This document shows, piece after piece, positions 1-12,228 of a stretch of 52,209 bases of DNA; positions within the stretch are counted from its first letter, which is position 1, and each line of letters starts with the position of its first letter. A program made the position numbers and the translations under genes. The DNA lies in the NCBI RefSeq assembly GCF_001194135.2, contig NC_069007.1, positions 18,614,915 through 18,667,123 of the forward strand. The letters are read 5' to 3'. This DNA comes from Octopus bimaculoides (Eukaryota). The notes beneath the pieces were generated by a model that searched no databases, was not told the DNA's origin, and worked only from the letters and a program-made list of their open reading frames with translations.

Positions 1-31
<31 letters not shown>

Positions 32-32
32 T

Positions 33-187
33 ACGACAGGCTTCTTTCAGTTTCCGTCTACCAAATCCACTCACAAGGCTTTGGTCGGCCTGAGGCTATA
101 GTAGAAGACACTCACCCAAGATGCCACGCAGTGGGACTGAACCCGGAACCATGTGGTTCGTAAGCAAGCTACTTACCACACAGCCAC
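33..187 (-). mobile_element. tRNA-derived SINE family A, (TA)n tail
   Basis: Head tggctgtgtggtaag / ggttcagtccc (A/B boxes); copies at ~1260-1415(-), 3534-3645(-), 7919-8070(-), 36830-36990(-), 42545-42692(-), 48811-48935(-). Confidence 0.8.
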
Positions 188-357
188 TCCTATGCCTCTC
201 TCTGTTTTTCTCTTTTCTTTTTTTTTCTTTCTCTCTCTCATTCTCTCTATTAATTTTTTCTCTTTCTCTCTCTATTTTTCTTTTTTTCTTTTTCAAACGA
301 CAGACAAAAGAAGGGGACAAACGAACGAGTGAACAGCTTGTGGAGGCGGCCCCTTAC

Positions 358-486
358 CATACAGTCTCGTAATGGGTTCGGCTAAGTCATAGGTTAGAAT
401 CGGTTCTGGCAGTTCTCGTAGAAATTTCTTCAATATTACAGCAGGAATGTGTTTGTTGTCGTACTCTGCATAGTTCACTGTATCAC
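358..486 (-). CDS. ARHGAP1: RhoGAP domain exon (G/DTVNYAEYDNKHIPAVILKKFLRELPEPILTYDLAEPITRLY); gene continues beyond window start
   Basis: tcttcag| ... ATG|GTAAGG, 129 nt, phase 1-1; RhoGAP motif AVILKxFLRELPEP. Confidence 0.96.
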
Positions 487-1718
487 CTGAAGAATATGGA
501 ACAAAAGACGAACATCAAAGAGAATAACAAAACGGCGGCAGATGGTGGTGTTTGCGCTGGATTGGATATTCAGGGAGGGGATTAAAAGAAATGGCATCAG
601 ATGGGTGGATGAGGAGATTTATAAAGCATTGTGCTTGATGAGGGTGGATAAAAAAGGGAATGTATTAGATAAGGGTGGAATGGAAGACGTGAGGGTTATG
701 AGAGATTGTCTTAGACAGAAATGGAATGGATGTTAGATAGGGGTGGGAACAGAAGAGATGAGCATTAAAAGAGATTGTGTTACATAAGGGTGGATGAAAG
801 AGATTGTGTTAGACAGGGTGGAAATATGTAAGATAAGGGTGGGAATGGAAGAGTGTTCTGAGTTCAAATTCCGCCAACGTCGACTTTGTCTTTCATCCTT
901 TCAGAGTCGATAAATTAAGTATCAGTTGCGTACTGGGGTCGATATAATCGACTTCCCCCCTCCCCCAAAATTTTGGGCCTTGTGCCTAGAGTAGAAAAGA
1001 TAAGGGTGGATGGATGACAAGGGTGGATGGATCTTTGCTCTTTTATCTTTCACTTGTTTCAGTCACTAGACTGTGGCCATGCTGGGGCACTGCCGTGAAG
1101 ATTTTTAGTCAAATGAATCGACCTCAGTACTTATTCTATTGGTTTCTTTTGCTGAACTGCTAAGTCACAGGGACGTAAACACACCAACACTGGTCATCAA
1201 GTGGTGGGTGGGTGTGTGGGGAACAAAGATACACACTCAAACATATATATATGTATTATGATGGGCTTCTTTCAGTTTCCGTCTATCACATCTACTCACA
1301 GGTCTTCAGTTGGTCTGGGGTTATAACAGAAGACACCTGTGCAGGGTGCCGTGCAGTGGGACAGAACCTGGAAGCATGTGGTTGGGAAGCAAACTTCTTA
1401 CCACCCAGCCATGCATGCATCTATAGAATGATGAGGATTATAAAAGATTATCTAAGATAAGGGTGGGACAGGGGTAGATAAGAACATGAAAGAGGTAAAC
1501 AATGGTAAAGAGAAGGTTAATAAAGGGTGGAATAGGGGTGGGGGAAGGAATGAGAGAACGGTTATAGAGGGGGGAGGAACGGGAGAGTTTAAGTGAGGAG
1601 GGGGAAGAGGAGATCATAAAGGGTAGGAGGAGAAAAGTGAGAGAGAAAGTATGAGATTAAGGAAGGAGGAAAAACAGGAAATGAAGCTGCTGCTGTTGTT
1701 CCGTCTTGTCGTACCCAC

Positions 1719-1796
1719 CTGCATTGATTTTGTTCTGTACGTCCTTGATGACAGAAGCACTGGCTGACCTTCGGAATATTCCTTCAGTGTCCAAAG
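1719..1796 (-). CDS. ARHGAP1: RhoGAP domain exon with arginine finger (A/LDTEGIFRRSASASVIKDVQNKINA/G)
   Basis: ttgttttcag| ... CAG|GTGGGT, 78 nt, phase 1-1; EGIFRRSA catalytic motif intact. Confidence 0.96.
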
Positions 1797-1846
1797 CTGA
1801 AAACAATCACAAGAGAAATGAAGTTTCCTGGTCTTCCTGTAGTTCT

Positions 1847-1897
<51 letters not shown>

Positions 1898-2036
1898 AAC
1901 AATAAATAATTAAAACTTCTCAGGTACCCGCACCCCCAACCAACATGGCTGTAGTCGAATGACTGTAAAACGAATAAAAACACTAAAACGAAAGTGATTC
2001 TGTAAAAGATGAAGATGAAGTCTGTCAATAATTTAC

Positions 2037-2107
2037 CGTATTTTCTGAGATATTCGACAGTGTGAACAACAATCGGGGGTATGGTTTCTCCAGATTGGCG
2101 TTGGATA
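2037..2107 (-). CDS. ARHGAP1: RhoGAP domain exon (IQRQSGETIPPIVVHTVEYLRKY/A)
   Basis: ctgctttcag| ... ACG|GTAAAT, 71 nt, phase 2-1; resembles ARHGAP1 PIPIVLRETVAYLQAHA. Confidence 0.92.
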
Positions 2108-2984
2108 CTGAAAGCAGAATGGAAAAAGAAACAGTTTTAGGATGAAATAAAATATATTGCATTTATTTTNNNNNNNNNNNNNNNNNNNNNNNNNNNNNNN
2201 NNNNNNNNNNNNNNNNNNNNNNNNNNNNNNNNNNNNNNNNNNNNNNNNNNNNNNNNNNNNNNNNNNNNNNNNNNNNNNNNNNNNNNNNNNNNNNNNNNNN
2301 NNNNNNNNNNNNNNNNNNNNNNNNNNNNNNNNNNNNNNNNNNNNNNNNNNNNNNNNNNNNNNNNNNNNNNNNNNNNNNNNNNNNNNNNNNNNNNNNNNNN
2401 NNNNNNNNNNNNNNNNNNNNNNNNNNNNNNNNNNNNNNNNNNNNNNNNNNNNNNNNNNNNNNNNNNNNNNNNNNNNNNNNNNNNNNNNNNNNNNNNNNNN
2501 NNNNNNNNNNNNNNNNNNNNNNNNNNNNNNNNNNNNNNNNNNNNNNNNNNNNNNNNNNNNNNNNNNNNNNNNNNNNNNNNNNNNNNNNNNNNNNNNNNNN
2601 NNNNNNNNNNNNNNNNNNNNNNNNNNNNNNNNNNNNNNNNNNNNNNNNNNNNNNNNNNNNNNNNNNNNNNNNNNNNNNNNNNNNNNNNNNNNNNNNNNNN
2701 NNNNNNNNNNNNNNNNNNNNNNNNNNNNNNNNNNNNNNNNNNNNNNNNNNNNNNNNNNNNNNNNNNNNNNNNNNNNNNNNNNNNNNNNNNNNNNNNNNNN
2801 NNNNNNNNNNNNNNNNNNNNNNNNNNNNNNNNNNNNNNNNNNNNNNNNNNNNNNNNNNNNNNNNNNNNNNNNNNNNNNNNNNNNNNNNNNNNNNNNNNNN
2901 NNNNNNNNNNNNNNNNNNNNNNNNNNNNNNNNNNNNNNNNNCCCCCCAGAAACCAAGGCATAAAAGAAAGCAAAGAGTTCTTAC

Positions 2985-3083
2985 TCCAAGACTGGTTGAG
3001 GAACGACCAATTGGTTGAAATGAAGATGTTCCTTGAGTTCATGTAAATAGTTAACATACATCACTTTCTGACCAAATTTGACG
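2985..3083 (-). CDS. ARHGAP1: BCH/CRAL-TRIO C-terminal exon ([32 protein letters not shown])
   Basis: ctctttgtttag| ... GA|GTAAGA, 99 nt, phase 2-2; resembles ARHGAP1 SFKFGQKIFYVNYLSEL..IPRQVL. Confidence 0.95.
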
Positions 3084-3847
3084 CTAAACAAAGAGCAGAA
3101 ATGAAAATGGTAATTAGTGAAATATTAGGGGCAAATTGAACGATTATTGAGACCCAGATCAGTATTGATCAAGCAGACACAGTCTATCTAAGGATACATT
3201 ATCTAAAGTACAAATATACTAGTTAGTATTAGAATACACTGGACTGCAAATATAATACATTACACTGTAGTCAGTAAGAGTGTATTAGTGTATCTAGGAC
3301 TACATTATCAGATGTGTTAGACATTACATATTAAGCATTAATATTTATAGTTGTTTAGGCACAGGTGAGCTCTGGTCTATCTGACCTATGTTTAAAAGTG
3401 TTCCAGCTATGGCCATCCACCCTTTTAATAAGACATGGTGTGCCGAGGACTACATAACAAAATGTATAATATACTAGTTAGTATTAGTATATCTAGGATT
3501 ACATTATCTAATGTGTTCTATGCTAGTTAATATTGGTGGCTTGGTCGAAATACAGCTATTCTAAAAGACACTTGCCCAAAGTGCCATGCAGTGGGACTGA
3601 ACCTGGGATGGCATGGTTTGGGAAGCAAACTTTTTAACCACCGTCTACCTGCATATACAACACTGGAATAAATTAGGAGGGGTCAGGGAAACTCATGAAT
3701 TGACCCGAAAGGGCTGCAATGATTAAAGGTCACTTGGTGGATTAAATGTCATTGATGTAGATAATCTCTCTACTTTTTTCCCCATATATGGTAAAAATTT
3801 AACGGAATAAAGACAACCATGTTATAATAAAATACTGCAATACTAAC

Positions 3848-3934
3848 CTCAAAACGGGTTTGAACAAAGTCCACAGAATCCGGATAAAATTGGTTGGATG
3901 AACCAAATACAAGGCTTTTAGGTTTTTTTTATAT
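3848..3934 (-). CDS. ARHGAP1: BCH/CRAL-TRIO exon ([29 protein letters not shown])
   Basis: tattccacag| ... AG|GTTAGT, 87 nt, phase 2-2; BCH signature YKKNxKALYxVHPT. Confidence 0.96.
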
Positions 3935-4302
3935 CTGTGGAATAGCAGAACAGAGGAAAGAAAGGAATTTATTATTATCATTATTATTATTATTATCATT
4001 GTTCAACATTTGGTAATTTCAAGCAAATGCCTACTATGGGAGAGTCCAATCATCCTGGAATTGTTTGTGTTGTTGTTGTTGAAGATGGTGATGATGATGA
4101 TTGTATTGGCGATGATGCTGATGAATGCGGTGAGAGTAACAATGATGGTGTGACGACAAAGGGGACGATGGTGGTGGTGGTGGTGGTGATGACAATAATG
4201 ATGATTGCGATGGTAACAATAGTGATGATGATGAGAACAGTAGTGATAACGATGATGGTGGTGGTGGTGACGACGACAACGACGACGAGAAAGCTAACTT
4301 AC

Positions 4303-4434
4303 TTGCGGTCAAACTCCATGTACGTGTGTAGTAGCCAAGTGAGCTTGGGTTTGTTTCGGCTGTTCAAGCCATAATGGAAGTAGATGACCGTGTAGTCGTT
4401 CTCTACGTATTGGTCAAGGGTGTATTTAATGTAG
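4303..4434 (-). CDS. ARHGAP1: BCH/CRAL-TRIO exon ([44 protein letters not shown])
   Basis: ctttttgcag| ... AA|GTAAGT, 132 nt, phase 2-2; resembles ARHGAP1 YLKHTLDQYVESDYTLLYLHHGL..NKPSLSWL. Confidence 0.96.
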
Positions 4435-4956
4435 CTGCAAAAAGAAACAACCACAGATCATAGACATATAACGTTTGTATATACATACACACACACACAC
4501 ACATATATATACTGGAGTCTGGTGTCGCCTCCTGGTTCACCAGTCCTCAGTCAAATCGTCCAACCCATGCTAGCATGGAAAGCGGACGTTAAACGATGAC
4601 GACGACGATGATGATACATACACACACACACACATATATATATATTACCAGTGTCGCCTTACTGGTACTTGTGCCGGTGGCACGTTAGAAAACATTCGAG
4701 CGAGGTCATTGCTAGTGCCACTGGACTGACACACACACATGGATACACACACACACACAAAGATACATATACACACACATACACACACAAAGATACATAT
4801 ACACACACAAAGATACATATACACACATACACACACAAAGACACAGATACACACAAGGATACACTGACACATGCACACACACACACACACACAAAGATAC
4901 ATACACACACACAGATACCCCACAAGCACCCACAGACTTAAAAAGAGTGTACCTAC

Positions 4957-5044
4957 GCCAGCAGTCGTTTGTGGTCCAGCACTTTACTCGATGGCAATCG
5001 GCAGGCAGAAAATATTATGACTTTTCTCCCATAAACATCGTCTC
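4957..5044 (-). CDS. ARHGAP1: BCH/CRAL-TRIO exon ([30 protein letters not shown])
   Basis: ttcttccacag| ... |GTAGGT, 88 nt, phase 1-2; resembles ARHGAP1 [30 protein letters not shown]. Confidence 0.95.
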
Positions 5045-6112
5045 CTGTGGAAGAAAAAAAAGGAAAATGGTTAAAAAGGAGGGAAAGGATAAAAAAAAAT
5101 GTCTTCTTTTCTTAAACATTTCAAACTATTTCAAACAACACATTTAAAAAGCTTGCAGTGATATCATAGGAATTACTGTTGTTGGCACTCCGTCGCTTAC
5201 GACGTCAAGGGTTCCAGTTGATCCGATCAATGGAACAGCCTGCTCATGAAATTAACGTGCAAGTGGCTGAGCACTCCACAGACACGTGTACCCTTAACGT
5301 AGTNNNNNNNNNNNNNNNNNNNNNNNNNNNNNNNNNNNNNNNNNNNNNNNNNNNNNNNNNNNNNNNNNNNNNNNNNNNNNNNNNNNNNNNNNNNNNNNNN
5401 NNNNNNNNNNNNNNNNNNNNNNNNNNNNNNNNNNNNNNNNNNNNNNNNNNNNNNNNNNNNNNNNNNNNNNNNNNNNNNNNNNNNNNNNNNNNNNNNNNNN
5501 NNNNNNNNNNNNNNNNNNNNNNNNNNNNNNNNNNNNNNNNNNNNNNNNNNNNNNNNNNNNNNNNNNNNNNNNNNNNNNNNNNNNNNNNNNNNNNNNNNNN
5601 NNNNNNNNNNNNNNNNNNNNNNNNNNNNNNNNNNNNNNNNNNNNNNNNNNNNNNNNNNNNNNNNNNNNNNNNNNNNNNNNNNNNNNNNNNNNNNNNNNNN
5701 NNNNNNNNNNNNNNNNNNNNNNNNNNNNNNNNNNNNNNNNNNNNNNNNNNNNNNNNNNNNNNNNNNNNNNNNNNNNNNNNNNNNNNNNNNNNNNNNNNNN
5801 NNNNNNNNNNNNNNNNNNNNNNNNNNNNNNNNNNNNNNNNNNNNNNNNNNNNNNNNNNNNNNNNNNNNNNNNNNNNNNNNNNNNNNNNNNNNNNNNNNNN
5901 NNNNNNNNNNNNNNNNNNNNNNNNNNNNNNNNNNNNNNNNNNNNNNNNNNNNNNNNNNNNNNNNNNNNNNNNNNNNNNNNNNNNNNNNNNNNNNNNNNNN
6001 NNNNNNNNNNNNNNNNNNNNNNNNNNNNNNNNNNNNNNNNNNNNNNNNNNNNNNNNNNNNNNNNNNNNNNNNNNNNNNNNNNNNNNNNNNNNNNNNNNNN
6101 NNNNNNNNNNGG

Positions 6113-6147
<35 letters not shown>

Positions 6148-6727
6148 GAGGATGCATGGTCTAGTGGTTAAATGCGTAACTGGTACTTAATTTATCGACT
6201 CCGAAAGGATGAAAGGCAAAGTCGACCTCGGCGGAATTTGAACTCAGAACGTAACAGCAGACGAAATACCGCTCAGCATTTCGCCCGGTGTGCTAACATT
6301 TCTGCCAGCTCAATATGATTCTTGTTTCTTTACTGCCCACAAGGGACGACACACAGAAGGGACAAACAAGGACACACAAAGGGATTAAGTCGATTACATT
6401 GACCCCAGGGAATATTCCAGAGATATAGTCTTTCTGTACTTCTTTCCATTTTGGCACTGAATCCATTATTGTTCCTACTACAGAAAACAAATGGTTACAT
6501 GATAGGATCTTCAAATGCTAGAAATATCAAAGTAACTCATAATTTCTTTATCGACCCCGAAAGGATGAAAGGCAAAGTCGACCTCGGCGGAATTTGAACT
6601 CAGAACGTAGTAGCAGATGAAATACCGCTAAGCATTTCGCCCGGCGTGCTAACGATTCTGCCACATCACCTGAACAATCACCTGGCACTCTCAGTCTTCT
6701 ATTTCGATGCCAATGTAACAGACTTAC

Positions 6728-6797
6728 CAGCAATTTCCACAATGCCATAACGAGAAACATCGCTGAATTCTCCTTGTTCTTGTTCATCTTGTTGTAC
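6728..6797 (-). CDS. ARHGAP1: RhoGAP gene exon, start of BCH domain (VQQDEQEQGEFSDVSRYGIVEIA/G)
   Basis: tttcag| ... CTG|GTAAGT, 70 nt, phase 0-1; resembles human ARHGAP1 YYDIARHQIVEVAG. Confidence 0.92.
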
Positions 6798-6959
6798 CTG
6801 AAACAATATGGAGAACTTGCTTTAACATTAATTAAAGACTTAACAATCACTAATACCAAAGTTTACATTTATTAACGATTAGTAAACACTGCTTCTGTTC
6901 TTTAACCCCAAATCAGCAGACATCCAGCAGGCTTTGGATAAAAAGACATTCCAACTTTG

Positions 6960-7720
6960 ACTGTCCTGTCTTTTATTCATGCATAGTGTATCTTGGACTC
7001 CACTATCTAATGTGTCATTCCTTGTTGTTATTGTCGTTTAATTCCAGATCAGTCCAGGATGATCCTGGTTCCAACAATGACCATCTAGTCATTTATTCAT
7101 GCATCGTGTATCTTGGACTCCATTATCTAATGTGTCATTCCTTGTTGTTATTATCGTTTATTTCCAGATCAGTCCAGGATGATCCTGGTTCCAACAATGA
7201 CCATCTAGTCATTTATTCATGCATCGTGTATCTTGGACTCCATTATCTAATGTGACCTTTTTTCTTGTTATTGAGCTCTGGCCTGTGATCAAACATGTTC
7301 CAGTAATGACCATCCCATTAACTCAGGCACAGTGTATCTCGGACTCCATTATCTCTAATGTGTTCTTTGTTGCTGTTGCTGTTTAGCCCCAGGCTGGCCC
7401 CGATCCAACAGACCTGTGATCAAAGATATTCCAAAAATGACCATCCAGGGGCTTATTCAAGACTACATGATCTAATGTGTCTTTCTCCTTTGTAAGACAG
7501 TAGGATACGATGAGGGAGATTTGACAGCTATTTCTAGCAATTTCATCAACCATGCAGGATGTATGATCATAAGCATCAAGTGTAAAATGAAAGTGGGGGG
7601 AGGGGCAATCTTGGTCACTCTCGACCGAGCAAGATATAAGAACAAGTGTTCAAGACCAGTCTGGCCTGTTCATTATGCATAGTGTACCTTGGACTACATT
7701 ATCCTACAGTGTTGTTCAGA
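6960..7720. repeat. Tandem array of ~120-bp unit
   Basis: Near-identical units with period 120 at 6986-7255, then diverged units; related units at ~3170-3530 and 45440-45730. Confidence 0.8.
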
Positions 7721-8274
7721 AAGAAAGTCCAAAATAAATAAAAATACAAATGGAAGTGTGGTTTGAGTGAAATTTGGCTACTGTTTCTAGCATGTCTCGA
7801 GACCACATAGAGGCTCTCACGTGACGTCAAGGAAGAATTTGGTACATGCAGAGTTATGTCCCTTCCTCATATAATTGAAATCACGGCAACGGTGACAGTT
7901 GAACTTCTACACCCATAAAGCAGGCTTCTCTCAGTTTCCATCAACCAAATCCCTCGACAAGGCTTTGATAGTCCTGGGGCTATAGAAGAACACATTTTAC
8001 AATGGGCTGTGCTATGAGACCGAACCCAAGACCAGATGTTTGGGAAGCAAGCTACTTAACCACACGGTAACGCTTATGCATATATTTTTTTTTATCTTTG
8101 ATTTTTTTACATGTTTCAGTCATTGCACTGCGGCCATGCTGGGGCACTGTCCAGTACTTTTTCTAACGGTCTTATTGCCGAACAGCTAAGTTATGGGGAT
8201 GTAAGCACACCAACACCGGTTGTCAAGTGGTGGAAGGGAATGAACACAAACAGAAAGATATATGCATATATACA

Positions 8275-8432
8275 GGCATGGCTATGTGGTAAGAAGTTTG
8301 CTTCCCAACCACATGGTTCCGGGTTCAGTTTCACTGTGTGGCACCTTGGGTGAGTGTCTTCTACTATAGCCTCGGGCCGACCAAAGCCTTGTGAGTAGAT
8401 TTGGTAGACGGAAACTGAAAGAAGCCTGTCGT
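8275..8432 (+). mobile_element. SINE family A copy
   Basis: ggctatgtggtaag...gggttcagtttc...gaaactgaaagaagcctgtcg(TA)n; another + copy at ~11322-11470. Confidence 0.8.
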
Positions 8433-9130
8433 ATATATGTATATATATATATGTGTGTCTGTGTGTGTCTGTCACACTCACCGTTGCTTGACAACCGATG
8501 TTGGTGTGTTTATGTCCCCTTAACTTAGCAGTTTGGCAAAAGAGAATGGTAGAATATGTACTAGGCTTACAAAGAATAAGTCCTGGGGGTCGATTTTTTT
8601 GACTAAAAAAACTCTTTAAGGCGGTGCTCCAGCATGGCCGCAGTGAAATGACTGATACGTGTAAAGGAACAAAGGAATATATACACACATAAACACATAC
8701 ATATATAATTATATACACACACACACATATATATATACATATGTATATGGCTCACCACTTTAGCCTGCGTGGATATCCACCCACCACCATCCACACCGCC
8801 CTTGCCAGAGCACGTTCTGTGGACCGTGCATCTGCTCTCTCCCCNNNNNNNNNNNNNNNNNNNNNNNNNNNNNNNNNNNNNNNNNNNNNNNNNNNNNNNN
8901 NNNNNNNNNNNNNNNNNNNNNNNNNNNNNNNNNNNNNNNNNNNNNNNNNNNNNNNNNNNNNNNNNNNNNNNNNNNNNNNNNNNNNNNNNNNNNNNNNNNN
9001 NNNNNNNNNNNNNNNNNNNNNNNNNNNNNNNNNNNNNNNNNNNNNNNNNNNNNNNNNNNNNNNNNNNNNNNNNNNNNNNATACATATATAATTATATACA
9101 CACACACACATATATATATACATATGTATA

Positions 9131-9161
<31 letters not shown>

Positions 9162-9253
9162 GTATATATACATATATATATGTGGTTGGAATAACAAACT
9201 TCTTCCCACACAGTCATGCCTCAGTAAAATAAAAAAAAACAAACTACTCTTAC

Positions 9254-9348
9254 CTGAGATGGACCAAGTTCTTTTTCAAAATCCTCGTCAATTAATCCAT
9301 CAGGTGTGATGGAACCACTACGGAAAGCACTCTCCTCCTTGTTGAGTT
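9254..9348 (-). CDS. ARHGAP1: RhoGAP gene exon (E/LNKEESAFRSGSITPDGLIDEDFEKELGPSQ)
   Basis: Acceptor ctttttttatatag|, donor CAG|GTAAGA, 95 nt, phase 1-0, in frame with both neighbours. Confidence 0.85.
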
Positions 9349-10008
9349 CTATATAAAAAAAGGAACAAAAAAAAAAAATTACATTAGATTAATCATTATT
9401 CCGGTTTTACCATTTACCCAGAGAAGGAAGGGCACCATCTATGGCACTTTATTTTTCCAAACCCTTCAAGACTGGCAGGAAAATAAAAAATAGACCAGTA
9501 AGTTATTCTGAAACCAGAAACCTGTCCTCAAATGTTTGTAACAGAATGAATGCCTTAAAAGGCCCCTAAGAACCAGAAAATGGTGTTGAATTGGGTAATG
9601 GATTAAGCCCTTTGGGACCAACCGCCACCTGAGATTATCCATGGATCTATGCTATAGACTTCTTATTTTAAAGTGATCTGAATTTAAAATCTTCCATTAA
9701 AAATTTTGTGTTAATTTATGTTTCAGACTCCAGTTTAATAATGATAAAGTTATTTTTCTAAATTCTTCATTATTACCAAAATTAATTAAAACAAGGAGTA
9801 AAGAGACCCCCTTCGGTCATGAATGACTATGAGATAGAACCCAGAAAGTTCCCCTCCAAGGCACAAGTCCAGGCAAGGCTGTTTATGGAAGATCAGCAGT
9901 CGCCCATGCATACCAGCCGCCCCTCGCCATGCCACTAATGTTATCCAAGGGAAAGGCAAAGGGGCTGATACAGCTTGGCACCAGTGACCATCCTTGGATC
10001 TTACCTTT

Positions 10009-10073
<65 letters not shown>

Positions 10074-10087
10074 CATACATATATATA

Positions 10088-10275
10088 TTACTGGGAAGGC
10101 CATTTTATGAGACTACCCTGGGTTTCCCGTCCAGAAAGGGTTTAGCTTTATGGCGTATCGTCAGACCCCAAGGCTTTAAGCTAACAGATTTTGGGGTCTG
10201 ATGATACACCATAAAGCTAAACCCTTTATGGAAGAGAAACCCAGGGTAATCCCATAAACTGGCTTTCCCCAGTAA
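10088..10275. repeat. Imperfect fold-back element
   Basis: ~85-bp inverted arms, about 9 substitutions and 1 indel, 19-nt loop. Confidence 0.8.
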
Positions 10276-11757
10276 AATATACACTGCTCTACATCTTAGA
10301 GGGTGCTTCTTCTCTGGATCTACATTTTCTACACACACACACACACACACACACATATATTTGCAGTGATGAGGTGTGTTATTCTTGGATGCATGCACAG
10401 TATCAGATTGTGTAACCCTACTTATTTCTGACAAGACAGGATGATCATGGCTGGAATGCCTTATGAAGTCACACCTGAAGTTACCCCCACCCCACCACTC
10501 AACATCAACTAATAGCAGACATTTAAATGTTCAATATTCATATTTGCTTGAATAAAAACAGAGGTAGGGGGATTCTAAGTGGTCATTCGACATACTAGAA
10601 ATAGCAGCAAACTACCTCTCACTACGCATCCCACTGTCTTATATAATATAAACAAAACACACGAGATTGTACAGCCCTGCTTATTTCTGTTCAGACAGGA
10701 TGATCGTGGCTGGAATACCTCGGATCATAAGTCTGCTAAACCAATCCCTCCCCCACACACTCACACACACCAATTCACCGTATTTAAAGATCTAAATTCC
10801 TTATTTCTCCATCTTTCCGTTCTACCAATCTTTTCCTTCGTTCTCATGTTAAACCTTATCGATATCATAATTTCTTCAGGAACAATAACGAGACAACAGC
10901 AGCACTGTTGCTGCTGCATCTGCTATTGTTGTTGCTGCTGCTGCTGCTGTTGCAGATTGCAGCTGTTACTGCAATACATAATCACAATCGCAGATAAGAA
11001 CAAGCATTTATTTATTTATCTATTTTTTTTTAAAATAATTTTTCCATTGATAATACTGCAAGACGTGGTCTTGTTGTTAATCAGAAACAACCACCACACA
11101 ATATAACGAGATTACAGAACTGCAATATCTAAAAAAGAAACAAGGTTACAATCTCCTTCTCTCCTTCTCCCTCTCTTTCTCTCCACTCCATAAAACGCCT
11201 GCAGCTGCTCTCAGTTGCAACAAAGCTGTGCACTGATACATGCAGAGAGGTTCCTGATAGAAATAATGCATGCTGAAGGCCAACAGTAATAACGAACCAA
11301 TTTATGTTATATAATAGGAGCAGATGTGGCTGAGTGGTTAAGAGCTTTGCTTCAAAACCACACGGCTCCTGGTTCAGTCCCACTGCATGGTACCTTCTAC
11401 TATAGCTTCGGGGGTCGACCAAAGCCTTGTGAATGGATTTGGTTGGCAGAAACTGAAATAAAGCCCGTTATGCATGCATGCATGTCTATGTGTGTATGCG
11501 TGTGGGTGTCTGTGTGCATGCATGTGTGTGTATGTATGTATGTACAGTAATCCTTCGACTATCGGGAGTGTTATGTTCCACCCCACCCCCGCCCGCGTTA
11601 GGTGAAAATCCATGTAGTAGAAACAGTACTGTACAGTATATTTTTTTTTATTATTATTTTTACTTGTATATATTTATTTTTATTATAAATGCAAAACAAC
11701 ACCACAGAAGAATTGATGTCAGCTTAAATAATAAACTGCGATATGGCAAGGGATTAC

Positions 11758-11804
<47 letters not shown>

Positions 11805-12011
11805 NNNNNNNNNNNNNNNNNNNNNNNNNNNNNNNNNNNNNNNNNNNNNNNNNNNNNNNNNNNNNNNNNNNNNNNNNNNNNNNNNNNNNNNNNNNNNNNN
11901 NNNNNNNNNNNNNNNNNNNNNNNNNNNNNNNNNNNNNNNNNNNNNNNNNNNNNNNNNNNNNNNNNNNNNNNNNNNNNCACGTATGAGAACCCAGGTTCAA
12001 AATTTCCCCAA

Positions 12012-12057
12012 GACACCTGATGAAGGCTGGAGGGTGAATCAGCCGAAATGTTGTGTT
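12012..12057 (+). ncRNA. Minimal type I hammerhead ribozyme-like motif, copy 1
   Basis: gacac-CTGATGA-a-ggctg..cagcc-GAAA-t-gtt-gtgtt: stem I 5 bp, stem II 5 bp, catalytic core in order. Confidence 0.55.
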
Positions 12058-12228
12058 AACAACAAACAAGATGAGGACAAATATCCTTCTCTTATGCCAT
12101 CTCACCCTTTCTCTTTCCCTTTCTCCTCTCTATTTCTCTCTTTCTCTTTCTAGCTCTCTTTATCTATCTATCTATCTATCTATCTAAGGTACCTTAGGAA
12201 TGAGAACCCAGGTTCAAAATTTCCCCAA

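Noticed and set aside
2033-6171. Long ORF-track entries (268-330 aa)
   Set aside because: They run through N gaps; the X stretches are not sequence. The same applies to entries near 21.5k, 25.1k, 41.7k and 51.1k.
6960-7260. CRISPR-like regular repeat
   Set aside because: Whole 120-bp units repeat with no unique spacers; eukaryotic context and no cas genes.
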